A stretch of DNA of 64,000 nucleotides from Eledone cirrhosa (Eukaryota), in contig OZ024741.1 in the NCBI GenBank assembly GCA_964016885.1, positions 182,652,001 through 182,716,000 on the forward strand, written 5' to 3'. Below, in pieces: positions 41,585 through 54,923 of the stretch. Position 1 is the first letter of the stretch; each line of letters begins with the position of its first letter. The translations under genes were made by a program, and so were the position numbers. The notes under the pieces were generated by a model that saw nothing but the letters and a program-made list of their open reading frames with translations, ran no database searches and was not told where the DNA came from.

Positions 41585-42028
41585 ATATATAATTATATAT
41601 TTGTGTACAGATAGTTTTGCATACACAATAATAAAATACAAACAAACGTATTTATTTCACGAGGCTCGATAAGGATAAATATATATCAAATATATAAGAA
41701 CCCTAGAGCAAATATTGTTCTCATTGCTGACGAGGCAGAAGGGGATATACACGATTGGCTGAAGAAGGACGAGACTGTGTTAGTAGTACGACCAACGGCT
41801 GCTATCACACCAACAGCAGCAAAAACAACGAAAAAGAGAGGGAACGCAATTACATGCTTTTGAAAATTCTTAATGGAAATTCATTTGCCTATTCACCCAA
41901 GGCGATTTCACTTTTTATTAGGACTTCTGCATCAATTTGTGAACATACGACGAAACTGTCTCAGAAAGGAGGGATGAACATGCCAATCTATGTTTAGAAT
42001 CCCGAGCAACGCCGGGCCATTCTGCTAG
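41585..42028 (+). mobile_element. Short Helitron derivative (3' end), inverted relative to 42895-44281
   Basis: Ends GAATCCCGAGCAACGCCGGGCCATTCTGCTAG|T; 41738-41830 is revcomp of about 43000-43095. Confidence 0.7.
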
Positions 42029-42179
42029 TATATATATATATATACTAGCTGACCCGTCCGGCTGGCGCCCGGCTACCATTGGTGCGTTCTACGGCATCCA
42101 TATATATTGGTGTGTTCTACGGCATCCATATAGCTGACGTACCTATCTTCGCTTGGATAACCAGACGATAAGCCGTATG

Positions 42180-42894
42180 TGTAGTATAGTATGACTGTTA
42201 TAGTATAGTATAGTATTAATATATAGTATCGTATTACTGTTGAAAATGTATAGTATAGTATGACTGTTGAAAACATATAGTATAGCATAGTATTACTGTT
42301 GAAAATATATAGTATAGCATAGTATTGCTGTTGAAAATATATAGTATAGTATTACTGTTGAAAATATATAGTATAGTATAGTATTACTGTTGAAATTATA
42401 TAGTATACTATTACTGTTGAAAATATATAGCACAGTTTTACTGTTGAAAATATATAGTATAATATTACTGTTGAAAACATATAGTGTAGTATAGTATTAC
42501 TGTTGAAAATATATAGTATAGTACAGTATTACTGTTGAAAATATATAGTATAGTATTACTGTTGAAAATATATAGTACAGTATTACTGTTAAAAATATAT
42601 AGTATAGTACAGTATTATTGTTGAAAATATATAGTATAGTATAGTATTAATGTTGAAAATATATAGTACAGTATTATTGTTGAAAATATATAGTACAGTA
42701 TTATTGTTGAAAATATATAGTATAGAATTACTGTTGAAAATATATAGTATAGAATTACTGTTGAAAATATATAGTATAGTATAGTATTAATGTTGAAAAT
42801 ATATAGTAAAGTACAGTATTATTGTTGAAAATATATAGTATAGTATAGTATTACTGTTGAAAACATATAGTATTACTGTTGAAAATATATAGTA
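42180..42894. repeat. Minisatellite TATTACTGTTGAAAATATATAG(TATAG)n, 25-35 bp units
   Basis: More than 20 visible units; continues at 44283-44365. Confidence 0.9.
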
Positions 42895-43725
42895 CTAGAA
42901 GAATGGCCCGGCGTTGCTCGGGCTTCTAAACATAGATTGGCATGTTTATCCCGCCTTTCTGAAACAGTACAGAAAGGTACGGAATACCTTTCTTTTTTGT
43001 TGTTGTTTTTGCTGCTGTTGGTGTGATAGCAGCCGTTGGTTGTACTACTAACACAGTGCGTCCTTCTTCAGCCAATTGTGTATATCCCCTTCTGCCTTGT
43101 CTACCTATACAATGATTGTAGCACCTCGTACACAATGTTCCTTGTTCTTCCGTGTTGGGCATATGCAAAGAGATTTGTCTTGCTTCCCACTCTTGAGCAG
43201 CCAACGTATAGTTGCCCGTGTGAAACATGACTCTTCCAAAAGAAGACCAGCAACAGCTAGGGTCTGACACTGGGATTTGTTGATAGACATTGCAAAGCTG
43301 ACACGGTTCGGCGAATGGTTCGTTGGTTGTCTGTTTCAAGTGCTCTTCTTATGGCAGTACGTTCAGCATCGTACGACCGTCGAATAGCAGATTCCACTGA
43401 CGATTCGTTTGCCCGCCTTGTTCTTTTTCTTGCCGCTTTCGCAGTATTTCGGCCAATGGAGTATCTCTTCCTTCGAGGCATGACCTAAAAGCAGGACGAA
43501 GTACATTAAGACTAAATGAAAGAGTAAGGAGTAAACTCGTCAGTGATGCCTGTGATTTCCGAACCGTTGACTATGTAATTGCTAGCCTTGTGCCAAAAGT
43601 AGTGGGACATTTTGGTTGGTATATCGGCAGTAACAATGACGATAAGCCGTCTGTGCTTTCGTGAAATAAATACGTTTGTTTATATTTTGTTTTTGTATAT
43701 GCAAAAATATCTGTACACGAATATA

Positions 43726-43763
<38 letters not shown>

Positions 43764-44281
43764 TAACAGATTAAAGTTTAAGCAAAGAATCGCTGCTTTC
43801 ACCCTTAACGGGATCTTCTGAAGGTAAAAAAAATCAATCTGTGAACGTAGAAGTAATTATTTCGAAAAACGTTGCAACCGAAGGAAAACAGGAAGACGAT
43901 ACTTTGGTTCATGAAGACGTTCCCTGGCAATGAACGGAAAATACCGAAGATAAAACATCACCAATGAGAACAATATTTCTCATAATGTCGTAATGCAGAC
44001 AGCCAGACATACAGACAGATATTATAAGGGCACGACGTTATAGCTATGTATCTATATAAAAAGACAGATTAAGAAAGAGAGAGAGAGATCGCTAACCGGC
44101 ACCTAACACGCTTTTAACAACAGAAAATTGAAAAATAAAAGCTACAGTTAATATCTTTAGACCGCAAGGAATATATAAATGCAAGTTTGAAGTCAATCGA
44201 AGTAGAAATGTGGATTTGTATAGACTTTGCAAAAATTAGGACACACACACAGACAATTTCAGTTTTATATATATGTATAGA
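42895..44281 (-). mobile_element. Internally deleted Helitron (RepHel N-terminus fused to helicase C-terminus)
   Basis: A|TC...hairpin-CTAG|T ends; MPRRKRYSIGRNT... (43481) joined to MSINKSQCQTLAVAGLLLEESCFT and, after a frameshift, GQLYVGCSRVG...TRNIVY (Pif1-type motifs V/VI). Confidence 0.82.
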
Positions 44282-44710
44282 TAGTACAGAATGACTGTTG
44301 AATACATATAGTATAGTATTACTGTTGAAAATATATAGTATAGTATTACTGTTGAAAATATGTACACGAATATATAATTATATATATGTATATAATTAAT
44401 TAAAAGTTAGTTAGAAGCAAAGTCAATGCAGACAAGCAGACATACAGACAGATATTATAAGCGCGCGACGTTATAGCTATGTATCTATCTAAAACGACAG
44501 AGTAAGAAATAGAGAGGAATGTCGTATTATATATATTATATATAATAAAGTACCAGTAATGTACTGGAATAATTGCTGGCCTTGTGCCAAAAGTAGAAAC
44601 AATTATACTTCTTTTTTATACAACTGCAAATAACATGTTTATGTACGTATATATACGTATAAAGGAATGCTGTAATACAATGTACAAATTAAACTTATTT
44701 ATGATACTAA

Positions 44711-44833
<123 letters not shown>

Positions 44834-45292
44834 TATATATATACACTATATATATACATATATACACACACATACAAATAGCGAAGTCAATGAATGGTTT
44901 TCAGAATGCAGACATACAGAGACGTATTATAAGGGCGCGCCGTTATAGCTATGTATCTATCTAAAAAGACAGACTAAGAAAGAGAGAGGAATGCTGTATA
45001 ACCGGAAGTGTTGACATTTGAAAATTTTAAAGAAGTGAATATTTAAATAATATCTTTAATCTTTTAACAAAATTTAATAGACAAAGATACCCTCACTTTC
45101 TTACTTGGAAAAAGTTACATCTATAGTGAAAAGTTGGTGCCTTTTGGTTCAGCCGTTTGGCGAAAAGTTTGTTACATACATACGGCCGTCAGTTTTATTA
45201 GTATATATATATATATATATATATATATTAATCAGGTTATGTGTTAGTTTAATAAGAAAAGGTAAATTATGAAATATAGACTTATACTTCTT

Positions 45293-45366
<74 letters not shown>

Positions 45367-45468
45367 AAAAGAATGAAAAGAAATTTCATTTCTCACTCTT
45401 AGTACGGCTGATACTTAAATGTAAGTATGTATCTATACGTACATACATATATGTATACATACATATTT

Positions 45469-45580
<112 letters not shown>

Positions 45581-45588
45581 AATCCTTA

Positions 45589-45628
45589 CGAGCTGAGGAG
45601 ATCCGCTAAGGTGAAACAATTGTTTTCG
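45589..45628 (+). ncRNA. Minimal type I hammerhead ribozyme
   Basis: CGAG-CTGAGGA-gATCcgctaaGGT-GAAA-CAATTG-TT-TTCG; palindromic stem III. Confidence 0.55.
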
Positions 45629-45724
45629 GTATGGTGAACTAACTGTTGTGTAACCACTTCTACCTTACTCGTCCCATGGACTGGGTGCTCTACCACTACG
45701 GATATTACCTTCCAGTGTTCTACC

Positions 45725-45808
<84 letters not shown>

Positions 45809-45809
<1 letters not shown>

Positions 45810-46070
45810 CGAAGGAAATGTGGCAAGGAACCAGGTGGACCATAACGCACCAAAAATACCCGTCGAAACCGCTTGAGCTCTGCCGTCGGAGTCTTGAACA
45901 ATTTCCTATATATCTATATAAGAAAGAGTGGTGGCCCGATAGCTGAGCTCTTGCCGTTTCGACAACTAATTCCAGCCTGGAGGAATTAGCTGTCGAAACG
46001 GCAAGTTCTCAGTCGTTGGGTTCCGATTCTTTCTAATCTAACCACACTCTACTATCCCAAGTATCGAGTA
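45809..46070. mobile_element. Fold-back pieces of the 7697/61429 family
   Basis: AACGAAGGAAATGTGG start; GCCGTTTCGACAACTAATTCC / GGAATTAGCTGTCGAAACGGC hairpin. Confidence 0.6.
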
Positions 46071-46116
46071 CTCTGTTCAATAATGGTCCTACTAGTTTAA
46101 GACTGGTTTAATCCTG

Positions 46117-46208
<92 letters not shown>

Positions 46209-46326
46209 AATAAGTATACACATATATATATATAATATATGTATATATATAACCCCCTATTATTTTTTCTGATTGTTCGTGTGACTAAGTTATTGTGGAG
46301 CTTATACTCAACACGGTATTTGTTGA

Positions 46327-46371
46327 GCTCTGATGATTCCTGCCTAAAGGTGAGGATGAAACATTGTTAGT
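46327..46371 (+). ncRNA. Degenerate minimal hammerhead followed by AATAAA
   Basis: GCT-CTGATGA-tTCCT..AGGAt-GAAA-CATTG-TT-AGT-gAATAAA. Confidence 0.5.
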
Positions 46372-46668
46372 GAATAAAGACTGTTTGAGTATGTAAGCGT
46401 TTTTTGGTTTCTTTTGCATGTAACGGCTTTGTCTATTTACTACAGTACGGTGAGTAGGTGTTTATGCACATACGCTCTAAACTTTACGTAAATAAATATA
46501 TATAATATATATACATTTATACAGAGCTTTAGCTCACTCTCAAACTTCCCATACTATATATAGTGAGACAGTGTATAAAAATATTTCAATATTTTAACAC
46601 AATATATATGTGTTTGTGCTTCTTTATATATATGTGTATGTGTGTGAGTGTGTGTATGTGTGCGTATG

Positions 46669-46755
<87 letters not shown>

Positions 46756-46980
46756 CGGAATCTACAGAGGCTAAAATCTCCCTCATCCTTTTTCGGTTAC
46801 TTCTGGGACCAAGGATACTGATTAGCATTGAGCTTCTAAAATCTTTACCGGGATATATATTGGTAAACTCCAGAGACATTTCCGTACGAGCGAGACATGG
46901 TCTCCCGACCAATGGAACAAAACCGTCTAACCCATGCTAGCGTGGAATATGGACGTTAAACAATGATGATGATGATATAC

Positions 46981-47044
<64 letters not shown>

Positions 47045-47272
47045 ATGTATGTATGTATGTATGTATGTATGTATGTATGTATGTATGTATGTATGTATGT
47101 ATGTATATATGTATGTATATATGTATGTATATATATATATATGTGTGTAGAAGTTATATTTAATTTGTTGGGATACAACAAGCAAATATTTTTATAACTG
47201 ATATAAACCACTCAACAAATTATTGGAGTAAAAATACAATATATTAACAAATGTTTCCATTTGTTAATATAT

Positions 47273-47336
<64 letters not shown>

Positions 47337-47616
47337 CACCACTTTCTACCAAATAAAAATAAAAATGTGTGAGTATATATGTATATATATATTTATATAT
47401 ACTCACATTTTTATTTTTATTTGGTAGAAAGTGGTGATTTGATAGAATGGTTACGGTGTAACACCAAATTCCTTGCGATATCTAAAGAAAATACAAAGCA
47501 AAAGACCAGAAAAGTTCCAGTCACGGTGGTGGTGGTGGTGGTGGTGGTGGTGGTGGTGGTGGTGGTGGTGGTGGAGAAGATATTGGGAGGGGGCAAAAAA
47601 ACATCTGTTCACTTAC

Positions 47617-47821
47617 TTTCAATCTTGATGACAATATCAAATTGGTAACAAGAACCATCAATCATACATCGTCTGCTTCTCCAAAGACCGTCACTGGAAT
47701 TGGGGCCACTATCTAACGTTAGCCAGTATGGAGTAGCAAAAGCCAGCACAAAGAACACGTTGGTCACCAAAAGGATAATACAACCAAAGAATGGTAAACC
47801 ATGACCATTAAACCTCCTCAT
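47617..47821 (-). CDS. Claudin/PMP22/EMP-like tetraspan protein, coding exon 1 (TM1 + extracellular loop 1)
   Basis: MRRFNGHGLPFFGCIILLVTNVFFVLAFATPYW...DGLWRSRRCMIDGSC shows the W-GLW-C-C signature; phase-1 donor GAAA|GTAAGT at 47616; an upstream acceptor-like TTTTTTCTCTAG near 47940 suggests a further 5'UTR exon. Confidence 0.85.
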
Positions 47822-48129
47822 TTTTCCTGACCCTTGCTTGTTATTTATTTCTTCGTCGACGCCGGTGTTGTTGTTGTTGTTGTTGTTGTTGTCGTCGTCG
47901 TTGTTGTAAATTCACTGTAATATTTTTTATAATCTATGCTAGAGAAAAAATGTCTCCAGTTTACACACTCTATCTAGTTTACATACTGTCTGTAAGTATT
48001 CTCACTTTCTCTATCTATCTATCTATCTCTATCTATCTATCTATCTACCTATCTATCTGTCATAGTTACAAGATAAAAATAGATAAATACAATGAAAGAG
48101 GAAATACACAATACCAACCCTCTCTCTCT

Positions 48130-48190
<61 letters not shown>

Positions 48191-48376
48191 TCTCTCTCTC
48201 TAAAAGTTGTTTCTATTTAGACATTACACTGCGTATTAGGTAAAACTCCCTTTACTACGACTACTACTGCAACAACAACACCACCACCACCACCACAACA
48301 CCACCACGACCGTGCGAAAGAGATTACTAGAAATGAATGGTGGGAGGGGGAGATAACGAGGATAGATAGGTAGGGA

Positions 48377-48514
<138 letters not shown>

Positions 48515-48829
48515 GAGATGGTGAGTGAAAGGAGAGGAATAAATGAGAGTATGTGAGAGAGGTGTGAGTGAATAAGAAAGGTGTGAGAGTGTGGATCAGT
48601 ATTATTTCCAATCACACGTCCAGACAGGTTTAACAAGTTTGTCATCCTGTCATCCTTCTACACTTTTAACTTGACACAACAATTCATAAGAATTGCGTTT
48701 CTATGACGTACGAGAAGAAATAACTCCCTCTCCTACTTCCTTTATTTTCTTAAATTTTACCTCGGAGACAAATACCACCTGAAATAAATACGTCTGAGAA
48801 AAAATGTTCAGATAATGCAATGTATATAT

Positions 48830-48995
48830 AATTGTTTCTACTGTTGGCACAAGGCCAGCAATTATTTCAGTGTATTACTGGTACTTTATTTTATCGACCC
48901 CGTAAGGATGAAAGGCAAAGTTAACCTCGGCGGGATTTGAACTCAGAATGGCAAGGGCCGTAACTCTATGCGTCAAAGCATGGCGTCCGACCCTC
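48830..48995 (-). mobile_element. tRNA-derived SINE (same family as 1-272)
   Basis: Reverse complement of the SINE body (CTGGTACTTTATTTTATCGACCCC, GGATTTGAACTCAG). Confidence 0.7.
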
Positions 48996-49179
48996 TATAT
49001 ATAATACACCCATGTAATACAGGATGTCCTCCAAAAATGTATACACACTTTGATTACCTGTACAGGCAATATTTATTAGAATGCTGTTGAAGTGTGTATA
49101 TGTGTATACATTTTTGGGGGCGACTCCCTACATACATATATATATATGTGTGTGTGTGTGTATGTGTGTGTGTGTGTGC

Positions 49180-49220
<41 letters not shown>

Positions 49221-49222
49221 TG

Positions 49223-49319
<97 letters not shown>

Positions 49320-49666
49320 GTATATATACACGCACGCACACACACACACATATGTATGTATGTATATATATATATATATATAGGTTTGATTAAAATAACA
49401 GGTGGCTGGACTGGTGATGTACCTTTAAAGTTTTATTGTTGCAAGAAACACTATATATAGTTCAATGGCCTGATTACGTAAGATCCTAACGATATCATCA
49501 GGTTCGGATTGCATAAATAGTTAATAAAGGAATTACGGCATACATAAACAGAGAAAATATGGAACAAATACTTGATTCGGAGATGGCCTGCGACCTACGT
49601 ATTTATATATATATATATATTATATGTATAAGTGTGTGTATATATATGTGTGTGTGTGTTTGTGTA

Positions 49667-49762
<96 letters not shown>

Positions 49763-49769
49763 TATATAG

Positions 49770-50467
49770 GTAAGTTGTTCCGGGTTGAATCAGAGGTAAC
49801 CACAGTAAGTAAGGTACTCAATACATAGCAGAATATAAAAGTTTTAATATAGATGAGATTCTACAGGACTAGAACTGTTTCATTCTTTTAAATGAAACAG
49901 TTCTAGTCCTGTAGAATCACACACCCACATATATATATATATATGTGTGTGGGGGGGGGGGTGAATGTGTCTGTTGGTACCTGGAATTTAGCTTAAGAGA
50001 AACATGACAATAATGATAGGCACCCAATATTTGAACTGGTCTATAGAATTCTCATGGCCTTTGTCACTCTAAGTAGAGCTTTAAAGTATTAGCTTTTAAA
50101 GAATTTCCCTTTTCTTTAAATCCATCAACGATGACCGACCCCCAACCATCTTATAGACACCTGAAATATAGGCATTGTTAGCTTAAGAGAAACTTAAAAA
50201 TAAGGAGTGACTCCCCAATTTGAACTTGTTTATAGAATTCTTTCTGCCTTTGTCACTCTAAATATAAATTATAGCCTTAAAGAATTAGCTTTTAATGAAT
50301 TCCCTTTTCTTTCAACCAATGACCTCCACCCATCCCACTCCCCACCTTCTCCTACCACCTGAAAAGATATAAATACCACAACATTTATTTTGGAAAGCCA
50401 GATTCCTGATGATTTCTAAAGAATGAAACAGTTCTAGTCCTGTAGAATCTCATCTATATTAAAACTA
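49770..50467. mobile_element. pLTR-like element of the 11297 family with fold-back, internal ~180-bp tandem duplication and a hammerhead at 50401-50449 (+)
   Basis: GATTC-CTGATGA-TTTCTAAAGAAT-GAAA-CAG..CTG-TA-GAATC; 49778-49885 is revcomp of the family tail; 49988-50165 resembles 50178-50365. Confidence 0.7.
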
Positions 50468-50481
50468 TATATACATACATA

Positions 50482-51092
50482 CATGGTGGCTGCCAACTCG
50501 TTTTCGAGTACGGCCACTTCTTTATATCCATGTAGGAGAACCCCTACCGATGCGCTGAACGAGTGTGGCTTTTTAGTCCAGCCAGCGACTTGAAAACTCT
50601 GGTACAAACACTACACCTGTGACAATTATTGACACATAGTGCTGGGCCCATGGTACCATGTGACGACAAGTGCAGAGAGATCTCCAGATATAAAGCAATG
50701 CCTGTGCCGTGAAGCTTTTATAGTGAGAAAAGGCACTGCACAAAGCCAGTCCCACTCTCTTAACCAAGATGATATTTACCAAAAAGAAGAACAAGTCAAC
50801 ATCATTGGATACCATCAGAGTTGCAGGTGTTATATCAGAGTTTTCGTTCTCCTAGAATTCTGCCTTGACAAAGGCTAAGGGGTCATCTCTCCCGGTGATT
50901 TTGGATGGCCATTGACTCTTAAGAGCTCCTTTGCCCTTTGACAGGTTTTGTCTTTAGTCCTGCAGGATGTCCAAAGTCACCCTCCTCACCAAGAAACCTT
51001 GGTGGGGTTGCCAGTTTAGTCGCCAACGACCCGACCATGAGACAGGTTGTACTGGGATACATGTTACCAGTAGCACCAACTGGTGACCTGAC
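50482..51092 (-). mobile_element. Bipartite non-autonomous RTE-derived element, copy 5 (full length)
   Basis: Same sequence as the other copies. Confidence 0.8.
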
Positions 51093-51167
51093 ATAAATAT
51101 ATACATACATATATATATATATATATATACATATACATACATACACATATATACATACATACATACA

Positions 51168-51199
<32 letters not shown>

Positions 51200-51288
51200 C
51201 ATATACATACATATATATCTATATATATATATATATACATACATATATATATATATATACACATACACACACACACACATATGCATAC

Positions 51289-51349
<61 letters not shown>

Positions 51350-51356
51350 CATACAT

Positions 51357-51387
<31 letters not shown>

Positions 51388-51687
51388 CATACATACATAT
51401 ATATATTCATATATACATACATACATATATATATATACACATATATATACATATATACATACATACATATATATATATATATACATATATATACATATAT
51501 ACATACATATATACATATATATACATATATACATATATACATACATACATATATATATATATACATATATACATACATATATACACATATACATACATAC
51601 ATACATACATACATACATACATACATACATACATACATACATACATACATACATACATACATACATACATACCTATATATACATATA

Positions 51688-53882
51688 TAACTTTGAATAA
51701 CTTTGAAATGTTTTGGCCAGTATTGGCCCAGGCCATGTCTAACTTAATAGCACCACCTGGCGAAGTCTTTCAATTCAGGATTTGGGCACCATGGCCCATT
51801 CGAGAAGAGAATTACTGTTTGCGGAGACATATCCGGGTGTGGGTGGTTTGTCCGGGATTACTTGGAGGAATTTGTCCAAAGACTTCTTGAATTTTGTGTG
51901 GTCAGTTTCTGTTTTGACGTGTCCTGGTGTGATGTTGAAGAGAGCAGGGCCGATTGAGGTGAAATAATTGTGCCGTATTGTTGTTATGAGTTGCGATTTA
52001 GATTTTTGAATGGGACGGATAGCACGGGGCCCAAGCCTTGGGTGTATCTTGAAGGCGATGCCAACATCATTTGGGCAGTGATGATGGAACATTTTCCACA
52101 TCATGCAGATAATATAACGCTCACGGCGACGTTGGAGTGAGTAAAGTTTCAGGTTTTCCAATCGACCCCAGTAGTCAAGGTCTGACATGCCATCTATCTT
52201 TTTCGTGATTGCCCTTTGAGGAGCTTCAAGTTTCATGATACTTTGTTTCGTGTGGGGAGACCACAGTGGACAACAGTATTCAAGGTGTGGTCGGGCGAAA
52301 GTAGAGAAGAGAAGGATAATGGTGCGGGAATCTCTCGACTGGAAGGTTCTGAGGATCCAGGAACACATTCTGCGGGCCATGTCAACTTTGCTGCTTATAT
52401 GCGTGGTCCAGCTTATGTTGCTGTCCACGGTTACTCCCAAGTCTCTGATGTTGTTAGATGCCACGAGAGTTTCCCCGGAGGGAAGGGAGTACGGGAGTTT
52501 CAGAGCATCCTCTTTTCCAAAGTGGATCAGTTCGAATTTGTCTTCGTTCAGTAACATGTTGTTCTTTTCTGCCCATTGGGTAACAGCCAGTAGGTCTGAC
52601 TGAAGGCTTATCCGGTCATCCACGCCATTGATGACCTTTTGGAGCTTGGAATCATCAGCGAAAATTTTAATGTTGCTGTGTTTGATGATGTCAGTGATGT
52701 CATTAATATAGATGATGAAGAGAAGTGGGCCCAACACAGTGCCTTGTGGGACTCCACTACTGACTTTGGCTGGGCTTGATTTGACTCCCTCAACTACAAC
52801 ATGTTGGGTTCTGTTTGACAGGAAGCTCTTGATCCACTGCAGCAGCTTTCCAGTGACACCAATATTGGACAGCTTTCTCAGTAGAATGTTATGATCAACC
52901 CTGTCAAAGGCCTTGCTGAAATCAAGGTAGATAACATCAGTGTTGGAACCCTCTCCCAAGGCTCTCAAAATGTCATCAAAGTGATGCAGTAGTTGCGTCA
53001 GGCAATCCCTTCCATTACGGAATCCATGCTGGTTGGAGTTCAGCATATTGTTACTCTCAAGGAAGTGGGTCATTCGCGATCTCACCACTCGCTCAAATAC
53101 CTTAATGATATGAGAGGTGAGTGAGATTGGACGGTAATTCACGGCAAGGGATTTGTTTCCCTTTTTGAAAACTGGGACAACAGACTGGGATAGAAGGTTT
53201 TCTGGCACATATCCAGCATCCAGTGAGTTCCGCCACAGATTGGCAAGAGGAGAAGCAAGTTGGTGTTGACACGCCTTCAAGACACAAGCAGGGAACCTAT
53301 CGGGACCTACTGCTGAATTATGCTTGATTTCCTTTATTGCCGCCAAGACATCAGGGGCGCCAAACGTTATGTCCGATAAGGTGTAATGGGGAGTAACATC
53401 GCCGATACAGCCCAGATCGGCCATATCAGGATTGCTGAAAACAGAGCAGTATTGTTTCTGCAGTATCTCACCCATGGTTTTAGCATTGTCTTGAAGAGTG
53501 CCATTTTCATCAATTAGAGGGCCAACAGTAGAGCCAGTGATTTTGTGTTTTTTTGCAAATGAAAAGAACACTTTGGGATTGAGTTTGATCTTCTCAATGG
53601 CCCAGGCCTCTTCAGCTCTTCTCTGATTGTTGATGAGGGACATTATGTTGTTTTGGAGGTTATGTTTTTTAATCTCTAGTGATGAAATGGCAGTCGAGTT
53701 GATGTGTTGCTGCTGACAGTATTTCAGATTGTTGATTTTTTTGTTCGTTCTCTTAATTTTTCTGATGAGCGCTTTTCTATTTCTAGGGATTCTGCTCTTA
53801 GATTTGTTTATAGTTCTTAATGGGGTGTGTTTAGCACATATGTTTGTAACAGTGTCCACAAATGTCTGCCAGGACTTTTTGA
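51688..53882 (-). mobile_element. 5'-truncated CR1-clade LINE, RT reading frame open
   Basis: NYRPISLTS, QHGFR, YLDFSKAFD, GVPQGTVLGP, IFADDSKL, RPHLEYC; stop at 51775; short tandem tail TTCAAAGTTATTCAAAGTTAT. Confidence 0.93.
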
Positions 53883-53891
53883 TACATACAT

Positions 53892-53940
<49 letters not shown>

Positions 53941-53943
<3 letters not shown>

Positions 53944-54316
53944 AGCTAAGACAAAAGTGTTGATGAGTAGAAAAGAGGATAAAACTCTGATTCCGCCAGG
54001 GAAATGGCCATGTTCGATATGCAGAAAAGGAACTGGCATAAATTCTATAAAATGCACACAATACAGATCCTGGGTACACAAGACATGTAGTGGGATAGCA
54101 GGCAAACTAACAGGTAGGGAGAAATATGTATGCAGTAGATGTACAGGGGAATTAGACAGTAGAAGTCGCATTGATAGACACATTTCTCAAATGCGAGAGG
54201 GCGCTATAGAAGTGGTGGATAGCTTCCGGTACCTAGGAGATCAGATTAGCATGGAAGGGGGGTGTTCCGAGGCCATAGTATCTAGAATAAGGACGGGTTG
54301 GAAGAAGTTTAGGGAT
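53941..54316 (+). mobile_element. Internal RTE-like LINE fragment with PHD-like finger between KTKVL and FRYLG
   Basis: KTKVLM...WPCSICRK...IKCTQY..WVHKTC...YVCSRC...VDSFRYLGD...RIRTGWKKFR. Confidence 0.78.
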
Positions 54317-54387
54317 ACATACATACATACATACATACATACATACATACATACATACATACATACATACATACATACATACATACT

Positions 54388-54583
54388 TGACCGAACTTGG
54401 ATTTGCGGACAAAAAGCGCAGCTCCCTAATTCATAGTCTACAAATGGCTGCGATAGCTGGCACCTTCAAAATATGCAAAACATTCTTGCGATTCAAGGGA
54501 TGACAATTTCTTTTCTTTTACAACCTTGTCACCAGGAAGGTGGCCGGTCAAAAAATATACTCGAAATTAAGAGAAAGAGAAAA
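54388..54583 (+). mobile_element. 3' fragment of a second R4-like LINE family in (CATA)n
   Basis: LTELGFADKKRSSLIHSLQMAAIAGTFKICKTFLRF* aligns with LEKLGFTGTERTQLVRKLQVQSINGTVKICKTFQK. Confidence 0.7.
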
Positions 54584-54663
54584 CATACATACATACATAC
54601 ATACATACATACATACATACATACATACATACATACATACATACATACATACATACATACATA

Positions 54664-54727
54664 CATGATGGCTGCCCCCTCGTTATCGAGTATGGCCATT
54701 GCACAATAAAAAAAAAAAAAAAAAAAA

Positions 54728-54806
<79 letters not shown>

Positions 54807-54885
54807 GCAATAATAACAATAACGACAACAACAATAATAATATACATATTCATATATATATACACACACACGCACGCACATAAGC

Positions 54886-54923
<38 letters not shown>

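Noticed and set aside
42180-42894. Repeat array resembling CRISPR
   Set aside because: No unique spacers, no cas genes, eukaryotic context; it is a minisatellite
51775-54183. 802-aa ORF as a single protein
   Set aside because: Chimeric: the CR1 RT frame reads through (TA)n into the antisense of an unrelated RTE-like fragment
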